Under the pieces are notes generated by a model. That model did no database searches and was not told where the DNA came from. It saw only the letters and a list, made by a program, of their open reading frames with translations. DNA of 64,000 nucleotides from Planctomycetota bacterium (GTDB taxonomy: Bacteria; Planctomycetota; B15-G4): the NCBI GenBank assembly GCA_038212275.1, contig JBBQUR010000007.1, positions 128,001 through 192,000 on the forward strand, given 5' to 3'. Every line of letters begins with the position of its first letter. The stretch's first letter is position 1. The translations under genes were made by a program, and so were the position numbers. This document shows positions 49,403-58,972 of the stretch, piece by piece.

Positions 49403-51349
49403 ATGTCCGCCCGCCGAATCGTCATCCTGTTGCTCCTGGCCGGCGGCCTGACGGCGCTCATCCTCGGCCGGGTCTACGCCAACCCGCCGCGCACGGTGGT
49501 GCTGATCTCCATCGACACGCTGCGGCCCGAGCGACTCGGCGTCTATGGCGGCCAGCCCGGCACCTCACCGAACATCGACGAACTGGCGAAGACTTCGGTG
49601 GTGTTCGACCAGGTGCTCGCGAACTCGCCGTGGACGCTGCCCTCCCACATGACCATGCTCACCGGGCTCGATCCGGTCGCGCACGGCGTGCGCCGGGATG
49701 GCTACCACTTGTCCGGGCGCGTGACGACGCTGGCCGAGGCTCTGCGGGACGCGGGCTTCCGTACCGGAGGGTTCACCGCGGGCGGCTTCGTGGCCGCTCG
49801 ATACGGCTTCGGCGAGGGCTTCTCCGTCTACCGCGAGAGCTACGAGCCACCCGGCGGCGGCGCGAGCGGGTTTTCGCGCATCCTTCCCGAGGCGCTCGAG
49901 TGGCTCGGACGGAGCCGGCAGGACACCTTCCTCTTCCTGCACACCTTCGACGTTCACGCGCCTTACGACACCTGCGACCCGGAGACGCTGGCGAGCTTCC
50001 GCAGCCGGCCCGTGAAGGACGGTGCCGATGACTACCAGCTCCACCGGCTCTCGTACCTCTACCAGCAGAACAAGATGCGTGTCACGGAATACGCGCGCAT
50101 CGGCGAGTTGCTCAACGACTACGACGCCGGCGTTCACATGGCCGACGCGGGCGTGGGTCAGGTCATCGAGGCGCTGCGCGCCACCGGGCGGCTGGACAAC
50201 GCGCTGATCATCGTCACGTCGGACCACGGCGAGTCCTTCGCGGATCACGGCGTGCACATCGGCCACGGCATCGGCCTCACCGACGACGAACTGCACGTGC
50301 CGCTCCTCATGCGGCTGCCGCACGATCAGTTCGCGGGCAAGCGCATCGGCACGCTGGTCGATCTCGTGGATCTGGCCCCCACCGTGCTCGACGTGATGGG
50401 CGTTCCCGCGCCGCACGAGATGGCCGGTGAAAGTCTCGCAAAGCTCGCGGCCGGGACGCCGCGCCACCGCGATTACGTGATGGGCCTCTCGCAGAACACG
50501 GAGGCATGCTTCCTCGTGCGCGACGGCTTCAAGTTCATTCTGTCGCCGTCGATTCCGCCCATGGACATCGCCAAGCGCCACCTGGGGCCGATGACGCCCG
50601 ACGCACCGGGCGCCGATCCGGGCGATGAATACGAACTCGGCCACGACCCGAAGAACCCGATCCTGCTGCACTACGACGTCGCGGGCGATCCGCTCGGCAT
50701 CCGCGACGTGCTGCTCGACGTCCCGCAGCTTTACGACCGGGCCAAGGATCCGCAGGAGCGCGACAATCTCTGGAAGCAGGACCCGAAGCGCGTCGAGGTG
50801 ATGTCCGGCTTTCTCAAGGAGCTGTACCTGAGCTCCGCGCAGGTGCACAAGGACCTTGACGACGGCCTGGCGCCTGAGCCGGTGGACCCGCACGTGCAAA
50901 CGGCGCTCTCCCAGCTTGGTTACCTCGCAGCCGCGGACGCGACCGAGCAGCGCGCCAACTACGACCAGCTGCCGATCGCGCTGCGCGCGCCGTTGAGCAA
51001 GCCCTACGAGCCTCCGGACACGGGTGAGCTCATCGAGGGCGACCAGGCCGCGCAGTTCACGCGGCGCCGGATCGAGGACGGCGACGTGCCCCCGGACACG
51101 GTGCAGCGCGCGCTGCAATCGATCGGCAACAAGTACGTGGCGTGGGCCGTGAAGAATCCGGACTGCATCGCGCGCGTGCGCTGGCGTGTCGAGGCGCTCA
51201 CGGAGCTGGCGCAGAAGGCCGGCGTCGAGCTGGACATGGACCTGTGGCGCAAGCGCTTCTTGTCGCTCGAAGCCAAGGTGGCGAAGGAGCAGCATCAGGT
51301 CGCTCCACCGCCGGCTCCGCTGCAGGATCCCCCACCGGATCCACGATGA
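49403..51349 (+). CDS. Sulfatase-like alkaline phosphatase superfamily protein (TxPSH variant)
   Basis: ISIDTLR, SPWTLPSHMTMLTG, DVHAPY, TSDHGE, HVPL. Confidence 0.88.
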   Translation: MSARRIVILLLLAGGLTALILGRVYANPPRTVVLISIDTLRPERLGVYGGQPGTSPNIDELAKTSVVFDQVLANSPWTLPSHMTMLTGLDPVAHGVRRDGYHLSGRVTTLAEALRDAGFRTGGFTAGGFVAARYGFGEGFSVYRESYEPPGGGASGFSRILPEALEWLGRSRQDTFLFLHTFDVHAPYDTCDPETLASFRSRPVKDGADDYQLHRLSYLYQQNKMRVTEYARIGELLNDYDAGVHMADAGVGQVIEALRATGRLDNALIIVTSDHGESFADHGVHIGHGIGLTDDELHVPLLMRLPHDQFAGKRIGTLVDLVDLAPTVLDVMGVPAPHEMAGESLAKLAAGTPRHRDYVMGLSQNTEACFLVRDGFKFILSPSIPPMDIAKRHLGPMTPDAPGADPGDEYELGHDPKNPILLHYDVAGDPLGIRDVLLDVPQLYDRAKDPQERDNLWKQDPKRVEVMSGFLKELYLSSAQVHKDLDDGLAPEPVDPHVQTALSQLGYLAAADATEQRANYDQLPIALRAPLSKPYEPPDTGELIEGDQAAQFTRRRIEDGDVPPDTVQRALQSIGNKYVAWAVKNPDCIARVRWRVEALTELAQKAGVELDMDLWRKRFLSLEAKVAKEQHQVAPPPAPLQDPPPDPR

Positions 51350-52839
51350 CGCCGGCCTGCCGCGCGTCTCTTGCCGCGGTGCTGCTGGTACTGGCGACCG
51401 TCTTCGCCTGCATGCCATCGCCGGCGATCCGTCCGGAAGCGCCGCGCACGGTGCTGCTGCTCGCCTGCCGCAGCTTCGATGGCAGCGATCGCGTGGCTCG
51501 TGTGCTCGACGACATGGCGCGCGCCACGGACGTGTTCGGCGACACGCGTTTCGTGGTCGACAGCCCGCCCGACGGCCGCTCCGAATCCCTGCCGGCGCTG
51601 CTCGCCCGGCACCCTGAGGCTTCCGTGGCGATCGCGATCGTCGGAGACCTCTCGCTGCTCGACGGCGTCGATCCGTCGCAGCCGCCGCACGCCTCGGGGC
51701 GCCTCACGGATCGCGTCCTCCGCAAGGACGCACTGCTCGAGCTGCTGGATCACCTCGAGCAGACGGCGCGCGCACAGGACACGGCGCTGATCCTCGCCAG
51801 CGCGCCGCTCGGCCGTCAGGCGCGCGTCGAAGTGCCCGAATTGCTCGCGGTCGCGGAACTGGTGAGCAAGCGCGGGGCTCACATCGACATGGCCGGGCCG
51901 TTCATCGCGCTGGAGCCGGCGCTGCTCTTCGGCAACGGCCTCGATCTGCTCGACGAGTACGGGCACGACGCATTCGCGCGAGTCCTCTTCGAGCAATGCC
52001 TGGTCGACGATGGGCCGATTCCGGCGCGCAACGCCGCCGAGCGCTCGGCGCGCCTCCAGGCCCGCGCGCTGGCCGCCTTTCACGCCGACCGGCAAGCTGA
52101 GTTCGCGGAGCTGGCCGCGCTGGCCCTCGGCGACGGGGCATCCGGCCCGGCCACCGCCGCCGCGCCTGCCAGCCCGCGGCACGCCGCGCGACTTGCAGCC
52201 ATCGCGTCGGCGCGCGATGGCCTGGTGGCTGCGACGCCGCGCTGGAACGCCATCGCCGGCAGTGCAGACGACGTGCCCGGCCTCGCACTCGGCCGGGCGC
52301 TGGTGCGCACCCTGCCGCAGGGCGACGGCGCCGCGGTGCGCGACACGACCGAGTCCGTCACGTCACCGGGCGAAACTTTCGAGGCCGAACTCGTCGCGGC
52401 GATCGACGCCTTGCGGCAGACGGTCAGCCCCGCGCGCGAACTGGCCACGCGCTGCGTAGAGGAGCACCCCGAGCGGCTGCCCGCATGGCTCGTGCTGCAG
52501 CTCGTCTCGCTGGCGCTCCCGCCGATCCAGGACGTGCGCGGCGAGGCACGCCGTCACATCGGCCTCTGCCCGCAAGACGCCGTGCCCGAGGCCCTGCTCA
52601 CGAGAGTCTTCCGCCAGTGGCCGAACCCCGTCGACGATCTTCCGGCGCTGCTGCTCGCGGAGCGGCCGTGGGAGGACATGTCGCCGACCGGCCCGGTGCT
52701 CGAGATGGCGCGACGGCGTGCCGCGCTGGGATACGTCGATCACGCGCTCGAGGTCCTGCGCGACGGCTTGAAGGGACTGCGCGTCCCGCCGAGCTGGGAG
52801 CTCGAAAGGCAGCGCATCGACGCGCTTCCCCGCCCGTGA
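51346..52839 (+). CDS. Hypothetical exported protein
   Basis: N-terminal signal or lipobox-like VFAC; ATGA overlap with the upstream gene. Confidence 0.7.
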   Translation: MTPACRASLAAVLLVLATVFACMPSPAIRPEAPRTVLLLACRSFDGSDRVARVLDDMARATDVFGDTRFVVDSPPDGRSESLPALLARHPEASVAIAIVGDLSLLDGVDPSQPPHASGRLTDRVLRKDALLELLDHLEQTARAQDTALILASAPLGRQARVEVPELLAVAELVSKRGAHIDMAGPFIALEPALLFGNGLDLLDEYGHDAFARVLFEQCLVDDGPIPARNAAERSARLQARALAAFHADRQAEFAELAALALGDGASGPATAAAPASPRHAARLAAIASARDGLVAATPRWNAIAGSADDVPGLALGRALVRTLPQGDGAAVRDTTESVTSPGETFEAELVAAIDALRQTVSPARELATRCVEEHPERLPAWLVLQLVSLALPPIQDVRGEARRHIGLCPQDAVPEALLTRVFRQWPNPVDDLPALLLAERPWEDMSPTGPVLEMARRRAALGYVDHALEVLRDGLKGLRVPPSWELERQRIDALPRP

Positions 52840-52872
52840 TGCCCCGTGATGCCCCGTGATGCGCCCATGATG
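52833..52872. repeat. About 3-4 tandem copies of GCCCCGTGAT across the stop codon
   Basis: Read directly; lies between convergent genes. Confidence 0.8.
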
Positions 52873-52928
52873 CGCATGCCGGGTGATGAGTTGCCGAGGC
52901 ACCGAGGCAAGCACCTCGGCGTCGCGAC

Positions 52929-53963
52929 TCAGCCGCCGAGCTGATTCATCTGGGCGTGGCCATGCCCGGCGTGGACCGGGGGCTTCACGCGGCGAAGGAA
53001 GTCCAGCGCCTCGGCGAGGCCGCCCTCGATCGTGCCCGGATCGCCGTCGCGCACGAGGTCACGGACGGTCACTTCACCTCCCTCGAAGAGGCAGCTTCGC
53101 AACGTGCCGTCCGAGGTGAGGCGCACGCGGTTGCAGGTCTCGCAGAACGGCATCGAAATGGCGGCGATGATGCCGACGCGCGCTCCGGTCGCAGCGACCG
53201 TGAACGTATCGGCTGGCCCGCTGCCGCGCGGACGGGGCAGCAGCGGAGCGTGCGCCGCGATGCGCGCCCGGATCTCGGACAGCGGCACGGGCTGCGCGCG
53301 GTGCCCGTAGTCGTTGCTGGTCATCGGCATGAACTCGATGAAGCGCTGCTCGAGGCCTCGCGCCGCCGCGAAGTCCAGCATCGCGGGGATCTCGTCGTCG
53401 TTGATTCCGCCCATCACGACCATGTTCAGCTTGGTGGCCCGGAAGCCGACGGCGAGCGCCGCATCGATGCCGGCGAGCACGGCAGGAAGACCCGGCCGCC
53501 GGGCAAGACGCAGGAATCGCTCCGCCTGCAGCGTGTCGAGGCTGATGTTCAGGCGGTCGAGCCCCGCATCGCGCAGCTCCTGCGCCTGCTGCGCCAGCAG
53601 CATGCCGTTGGTGGTCATGACCACCTTCGGACTGGACGGGATCGCCTTGAGCATCGCCACGAGGCGCGAGATGTCGCGCCGCACGAGGGGCTCTCCGCCC
53701 GTCAGCCGGATCTTGTTCACCCCGTGTGCGACGAGCACGCGCGCGACCGCGACAATTTCCTCGTAGCGGAGCAGCCCCTCGTGCGGAAGGAACTCCTGCT
53801 CCTCCGGCATGCAGTACTGGCAGCGCAGATTGCAGCGATCCGTGACGGAGACGCGCAGGTAGGTGATCGCGCGGGCGGGTCCCGGTGCGCCTGAAGCCCC
53901 ACCGGCGAACCCGGCCGGGGCCGATCGCCATGCGGGTGGCTCGTCGATGTGGATGGGCGGCAC
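52929..53963 (-). CDS. moaA: GTP 3',8-cyclase
   Basis: YLRVSVTDRCNLRCQYCMP, LTGGEPL, FIEFMP, FCETCNRVR...C, C-terminal MNQLGG. Confidence 0.96.
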   Translation of the reverse strand: MPPIHIDEPPAWRSAPAGFAGGASGAPGPARAITYLRVSVTDRCNLRCQYCMPEEQEFLPHEGLLRYEEIVAVARVLVAHGVNKIRLTGGEPLVRRDISRLVAMLKAIPSSPKVVMTTNGMLLAQQAQELRDAGLDRLNISLDTLQAERFLRLARRPGLPAVLAGIDAALAVGFRATKLNMVVMGGINDDEIPAMLDFAAARGLEQRFIEFMPMTSNDYGHRAQPVPLSEIRARIAAHAPLLPRPRGSGPADTFTVAATGARVGIIAAISMPFCETCNRVRLTSDGTLRSCLFEGGEVTVRDLVRDGDPGTIEGGLAEALDFLRRVKPPVHAGHGHAQMNQLGG

Positions 53964-54100
53964 GCGGCACGCTCCTTGGAGGCGACAGGCGTCAGCACTC
54001 TACCAAGGAGCGCGACGCGCCGTGCCGGCGGGGCTCGCCGTGCCGGCGCGGCTCCTGCGAGCGGCCGACACGGCGTCGGATCAGGCTCCGGCGCGTCGGG

Positions 54101-55354
54101 TCAGATGTAGTCTTCGAGTTCCTGGAGCAGCCGCGGCTTCTGCAGCTTGCCCAGCGCCTTCACCTGCATCTGGCGGACGCGCTCGCGCGAGACGCTCATC
54201 GTCGCGCCGATCTCGTCCAGCGTCCGGGGTTCGGTGCCGCCGAGGCCGAAGCGCATCTTGAGGATGTCCCGCTCCTGGGCGGTGAGGTTGCCGACGAGCA
54301 CTTCATCGAGACGGCGGCCGAGCATGCGCAGTTCGGCGGCCGAGATCGGCCGACTCTCGTCCTCCTCGGCAGCGATCGTGGAGCCGAATGAGCTCTCGTC
54401 GTCGCCCAGCGTGGCGTCCAGCGAGAACCACGAGCGATCCGTCTCCATGAGGCGTGCAGCGGCCTCCATCGAGGAGTCGAAATGCCGGCTCACGTCCCGG
54501 AGGTCCATGTCGCGCTGATTGCGCGGCAACTTGCCCTCGCGACGCAGGCGGCGCATCTTCTGCTGCACGTAGTTGGGCACGCGCACGATGCCGCGGTTGG
54601 CAGTGATCATGCGCTCGATCGCCTGCCGCACCCAGAAGGCTGCGTAGGTGCCGAAGCGAACGTCCTTGCGCCAATCGAACTTCTCCACCGCGCGGATGAG
54701 CGAGGCATTGCCTTCCTGGATCAGGTCCATGACGGGGATCCCGTAGGTCCGGTAGGCCGACGACATGCCGATCACCAGGTAGAGGTTGCGCTCGACGCAA
54801 TGGCCGCGGATGCGGTTGTAGTCGGCGCAGGCCTGCTGGAGCGGCGCGCCCAGGGCGGGGCACGGCAGCGAGACGAGCTTGCCGCTCTTGTGCGGCTTCA
54901 ACGTCGTGAGCGCCTTGTCGAGCGCGCGGCAGTTGGCGCTGCGCAGCACCAGGTCGCGCGTTTCGGCAGGGAGCTTCAGGGCATCGACCTCGCGCTCGAG
55001 GCGCGCACGCACGAACTCGAGCCGCCGCGCGAGGATGGACTCCTCCAGTCGCGTGAGGCGCGGGAGCGTGCGGACGGCGTCCGCGTACATGTTGAAGTGA
55101 TCCGTGCCGGCCGCCGCCTGAGCGAGCCCCGACAGGTCCAGCGAGTGGTCGAGGAGGTCCGGGCGTTCCTCGGCATCGACGACCACGACGCCCAGGAGGC
55201 CACGCAGCAGCGCCGTGAACTTCGATTTGGTTCGGCAGGCCTCGAGGAGGAGCCGATCCAGGCGGTTCCACGGGATGGTCCGCAACTCGCGCGCCTCGTG
55301 CATGACGCGGCGCTTCTCGGTGGCGGTGTAGGCGATCAGGGCTTCCTTCTTCAT
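54101..55354 (-). CDS. Sigma70-family (RpoD/RpoS-like, probably non-primary) sigma factor
   Basis: DLIQEGN...RAVEKFD...FGTYAAFWVRQAI, RFGL...TLDEIG...SRERVRQ. Confidence 0.93.
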   Translation of the reverse strand: MKKEALIAYTATEKRRVMHEARELRTIPWNRLDRLLLEACRTKSKFTALLRGLLGVVVVDAEERPDLLDHSLDLSGLAQAAAGTDHFNMYADAVRTLPRLTRLEESILARRLEFVRARLEREVDALKLPAETRDLVLRSANCRALDKALTTLKPHKSGKLVSLPCPALGAPLQQACADYNRIRGHCVERNLYLVIGMSSAYRTYGIPVMDLIQEGNASLIRAVEKFDWRKDVRFGTYAAFWVRQAIERMITANRGIVRVPNYVQQKMRRLRREGKLPRNQRDMDLRDVSRHFDSSMEAAARLMETDRSWFSLDATLGDDESSFGSTIAAEEDESRPISAAELRMLGRRLDEVLVGNLTAQERDILKMRFGLGGTEPRTLDEIGATMSVSRERVRQMQVKALGKLQKPRLLQELEDYI

Positions 55355-55370
55355 GCGACTCCGTCCTTGG

Positions 55371-55985
55371 TCAGGAAGACTGGACATCAACGGCTTTCAA
55401 CGTGGCTGCCTCGAGGAGGCTGCTCAGGCAATCGGGCATGGCATGCCCCGACGCATCCGCGAGACATGTGATGCAGTCCGCGTCGTAAGGCTTTCCGTGG
55501 CACCCGTCGCACAGGCCGATGCAGCGCCTCGCCGCTTCGAGCTCCGCGAGAAGCACCTGCTGCTCCGCGATGCGCTCGCGGATCCGTTCCTCGCGCAGCT
55601 GAAGGGACCGGGCCATTCCACCCATGCCGTCGAGTGCCGACGGGCTGCCGTGCAGGGCGCGCTGGATCTCGACGATCTCGTCCAGCGCAAAGCCGGCTTG
55701 CTTGAGACGCAGGATGCCCCGGGCGGCCCGTACGTGTTCATCGCCATAGACCCGCATGCCCCCCGAGGTGCGCCGGGCAGGCGGCAGCAGACTCCGCTCC
55801 TCCCAGTAGCGCAGCGCACGCGTGGTCAGGCCGAGACGATCCGCCAGTTCGCCGATCTTCACGAGGTGCCCATCGGCGGCTCCATGCCTCATCGACCCGA
55901 CGACCGAGGACTCGGACGGGTCAAGCTCCGACGGTTGCGCCGGCAAGGGGGGAGTGATCCGCTTTTCGTTGCGGGGAGCATTCAT
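55371..55985 (-). CDS. MerR-family regulator with Cys-rich C-terminus
   Basis: KIGELA...TRALRYWEERSLL...GGMRVY; C-terminal CIGLCDGC...CITC...C. Start uncertain. Confidence 0.88.
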   Translation of the reverse strand: MNAPRNEKRITPPLPAQPSELDPSESSVVGSMRHGAADGHLVKIGELADRLGLTTRALRYWEERSLLPPARRTSGGMRVYGDEHVRAARGILRLKQAGFALDEIVEIQRALHGSPSALDGMGGMARSLQLREERIRERIAEQQVLLAELEAARRCIGLCDGCHGKPYDADCITCLADASGHAMPDCLSSLLEAATLKAVDVQSS

Positions 55986-56089
55986 CGGAGCCTCGTCTCT
56001 GCGGAAAGGAGTGCCGTGGACCTCGGCATATCGAGCAAACCGCTGTCCACTTGCAGCCGTTGTGGGCATGTCGCCAAAGGCTAGCGATG

Positions 56090-56235
56090 CATTCCGTACA
56101 CGTCAACCATCATGCCCGTTTTGACACACGGGCGACATAACGACTTAACAAGTTTAAATACAACGGGTTGCGGCACTTGTACTGCGACATGGCAGCAATG
56201 TTTGAACGATATTTATCTAGATATCTTTTCGGGCA
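56090..56235. promoter_or_regulatory. AT-rich upstream region of the merR-sigma operon
   Basis: Local drop in GC (ACTTAACAAGTTTAAATAC, ATATTTATCTAGATATCTTTT); palindrome TATCTAGATA at 56214-56223. Confidence 0.5.
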
Positions 56236-56438
56236 ACCATGCGCCGCGGGGCCGTCGATGCGCTGCTTGGATTGGCTCAGCAGGGCAGAGGTTTCCGATT
56301 CGCAAGCACGTGCGGGCCGCCAGTGAGGCAGTCAGCGTGTCGATCGCCCCTGCCGGCGAGGCACCCACGAGGGTGCGCCGCGCCCGATCGGGAATGCCCC
56401 CGCAGCGGCTCGTCGGCCGGCTCCGCCGGCCCGGCGAC

Positions 56439-56891
56439 TCAGAGCGCCATCACCTGCAACACGAGGTGATACGCGCCGAGGGCGAAGTAGAAGGCAAATC
56501 CCACGCCCAGCGCATAGCGCGCCGGACGGAAGGTCTTGTGCAGCATCACGAACAGCAGGCACAGGCCCGAGAGGACGCCCTTCGCGATCACGAAGAACAT
56601 GCCGCCCTGGTCGATCATCCACTGCGCCACCGGGTTCAGCTCTTCGCCACCCTTGCCCAGGTAGATCAGCGTGGAGACCGAGTCCACCACCGTGAGGGCG
56701 AAGAAGAACAGCAGCAGCAGCACGAGCCGAGGGCTGTACACGTCGACGTAGATGTTCTCGGTCTCGCCGTCTCGCCGCCCGGAACGACGACGCCCGCCGA
56801 AGAAGGTGTAGCGGGAGAGCATCGGGGTCGCGCGGCGCCGACGATCCGGGCCACGCGGCGGCAGTTGCTGCTCGGAGGGCGCGCTATCCAT
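56439..56891 (-). CDS. DUF5658-like small membrane protein
   Basis: DRRR...GRRRSGRR...YVD, DSVSTL...ELNPV...K pattern; GGAGG ribosome-binding site. Confidence 0.7.
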   Translation of the reverse strand: MDSAPSEQQLPPRGPDRRRRATPMLSRYTFFGGRRRSGRRDGETENIYVDVYSPRLVLLLLFFFALTVVDSVSTLIYLGKGGEELNPVAQWMIDQGGMFFVIAKGVLSGLCLLFVMLHKTFRPARYALGVGFAFYFALGAYHLVLQVMAL

Positions 56892-57023
56892 GGCCTCCCT
56901 ATCGGCGCGCACGAGCCGGAACTTGCATCGGTCATCGGGAAGCTGGGCGGGTGCCTTGAGTGAGGCGCGGGCCCCACCCAGCCACGGTGTCACCGCCACA
57001 CCGCGTTCCATTAGACTCCAGCC

Positions 57024-58703
57024 ATGCTCCGCCGGCTGGTACCGCATGCGCTGGTGCTCCTGGCAGCCCTGCTGGCCTGCTGGCCCGCCATGCGGGGCTC
57101 CTTCGTCTACGACGACGAGTACTACGTCGTGCGCAATCCGGCCGTCTCCGGTGATGGTTCCGCCTGGAGCGCCCCCCTCGGCGCCCCAAGCCAGGCCTTG
57201 TGGCGGCCACTGACCGTGGCCACCTTCGCTGCGCAGTGGGACGGTTCGGGCGACGCTGCGCCCTTCCGCGCCGCAAACTTCGCATGTCATGTGCTCGTGG
57301 CCCTCGCCCTGCTCGAGCTCGGCCTTGCGCTGGGACTCGGCGTCGGGGGCAGCCTGGCGGCGGCCCTCCTCTTCGCGGTTCACCCCGTGCACGCGGAGGC
57401 CGTGGCATGGGCCTCGGGCCGCGCCGAACTGCTTGCGGCACTCTGCGTGCTGCTCGCGTGGCGCGCCCATCTGTCTCGCGCGACCGGCGCCCCACTGGCC
57501 GCAGCGGTGCTGCTCGCCGCCGGTCTGCTCTGCAAGGAGAACGCCGCCCTCGCTCCGCTGCTCTTCGCCACCGTCGATGGCGCACGCCGCAACGTGCGAC
57601 CCGTCCCGTGGAGGCGCCTCGCGCTGCTGGCCGCGGTCGTGCTTGCGGCCGTCACTGTGCGCTCCGTGGTGCTTCCGCAGGCGCTGCCCGGGGACACGCC
57701 CTTCGGCGACGTGTCCCTGCCGGCCCGCGGGCTCGTGGCCCTGAACATCCTGGGACGCGCCTGCCTGCTCCTCGCATGGCCCGAGCCGCTGCGCGTCTTC
57801 TATTCGAGGCAGGAATTCATCGGGCTGCAGGCGCTGTGGTGGTTGGTGGCCGTGGCATGGCTGATGCTTGCCGTCGGCTTGCGTCGCCGCCAGCCGCTCG
57901 CGGCCGCGGCGTTGCTCTGCGTGCCGCTCGCGTTGATCACGGTGCTGAACATCGTGCCCATCGGCGCCACGTTTGCGGAGCGCTTCCTCTACCTGCCATC
58001 GGCGCTGGCTTGCCTTGCGGTGGGAGCCATGCTTGCCGCTCGCGGTCGCACCGAGCTGCGCAGCGGCGCCGGCCTCGGCGTCAGTGTCCTGCTGCCAGCG
58101 CTCGCGCTGCTCATCGCCGTGCCCATGTGCCGCAGCGCCATGGCCGTGTTTCACGACGATCTCACGCTCTGGGCGCACGCGGCTGCCGTTGCGCCGGAGG
58201 TCGCTCACGCCCGCTACAACCACGGCTATTTTCTCGACGCTGCGGGCCGCCACACGCCCGAAGATCGCGACCGACCCGGCGCCGCCGAGGAACTGGAGGA
58301 GTCGCTGCGCCTCGATCCGCGGCACCGTTACGCAGGCTACGCGCACCAGATTCTCGGCAACATCGCGCTGCAGGGGCGAGGCCGGCGACTCGCGGACCCG
58401 ACCGCCGCCGCGCATCACTATCGAGCGGCGCTGGAGCGCATGCCCGAGCTGATCGAGGCACGCATGAACCTGGCCAGCCTGGCTCTCTCGGCGCCGACCG
58501 TCGTGGATCGCGACGAGGCGATCGAGCTGCTCACCGGCGTGAGCATCGCCTCCGGAGCCACGGCAGAGCAGCGGGAGGAGGCCCAGCTCATGCGATTGCA
58601 GCTGCTTGCGCCCGAGCCTCCGGCATCCGACGCGGACTCGGAGGATGCCGCGACGCCGGAGCCGCCTTCGACGACGGGAACATCGTCACCCGCAGGGTCG
58701 TGA
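57024..58703 (+). CDS. GT-C fold glycosyltransferase with TPRs (TMTC-like)
   Basis: FVYDD, WRPL, LFAVHPVHAEAVAW.SGR.ELL, KE, AERFLYLPS; C-terminal TPRs. Confidence 0.88.
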   Translation: MLRRLVPHALVLLAALLACWPAMRGSFVYDDEYYVVRNPAVSGDGSAWSAPLGAPSQALWRPLTVATFAAQWDGSGDAAPFRAANFACHVLVALALLELGLALGLGVGGSLAAALLFAVHPVHAEAVAWASGRAELLAALCVLLAWRAHLSRATGAPLAAAVLLAAGLLCKENAALAPLLFATVDGARRNVRPVPWRRLALLAAVVLAAVTVRSVVLPQALPGDTPFGDVSLPARGLVALNILGRACLLLAWPEPLRVFYSRQEFIGLQALWWLVAVAWLMLAVGLRRRQPLAAAALLCVPLALITVLNIVPIGATFAERFLYLPSALACLAVGAMLAARGRTELRSGAGLGVSVLLPALALLIAVPMCRSAMAVFHDDLTLWAHAAAVAPEVAHARYNHGYFLDAAGRHTPEDRDRPGAAEELEESLRLDPRHRYAGYAHQILGNIALQGRGRRLADPTAAAHHYRAALERMPELIEARMNLASLALSAPTVVDRDEAIELLTGVSIASGATAEQREEAQLMRLQLLAPEPPASDADSEDAATPEPPSTTGTSSPAGS

Positions 58704-58972
58704 CCGCGCGATGCGAGGTGGATCACCCCGTGAATCGGACTGTGGGCCGGGTCGCGCGTGCTGTAGAACGGGATCATCTCCTCGCGCGAACGACCCAGCC
58801 ACAGGCCGCCTCAACGACCGATGGTGCCCACCATGATGCACGGTACGCGCACCTCGAAGTCGTCGCGCGACGACTTCCAGACGCCGACTCGCCCGGTCCG
58901 CGCCGTCGCGCCAGGCCAGCCGCACGCCGAAGCGACTGCCGGTCCGCTCGACCACGCCGACAGGATCGCGTC

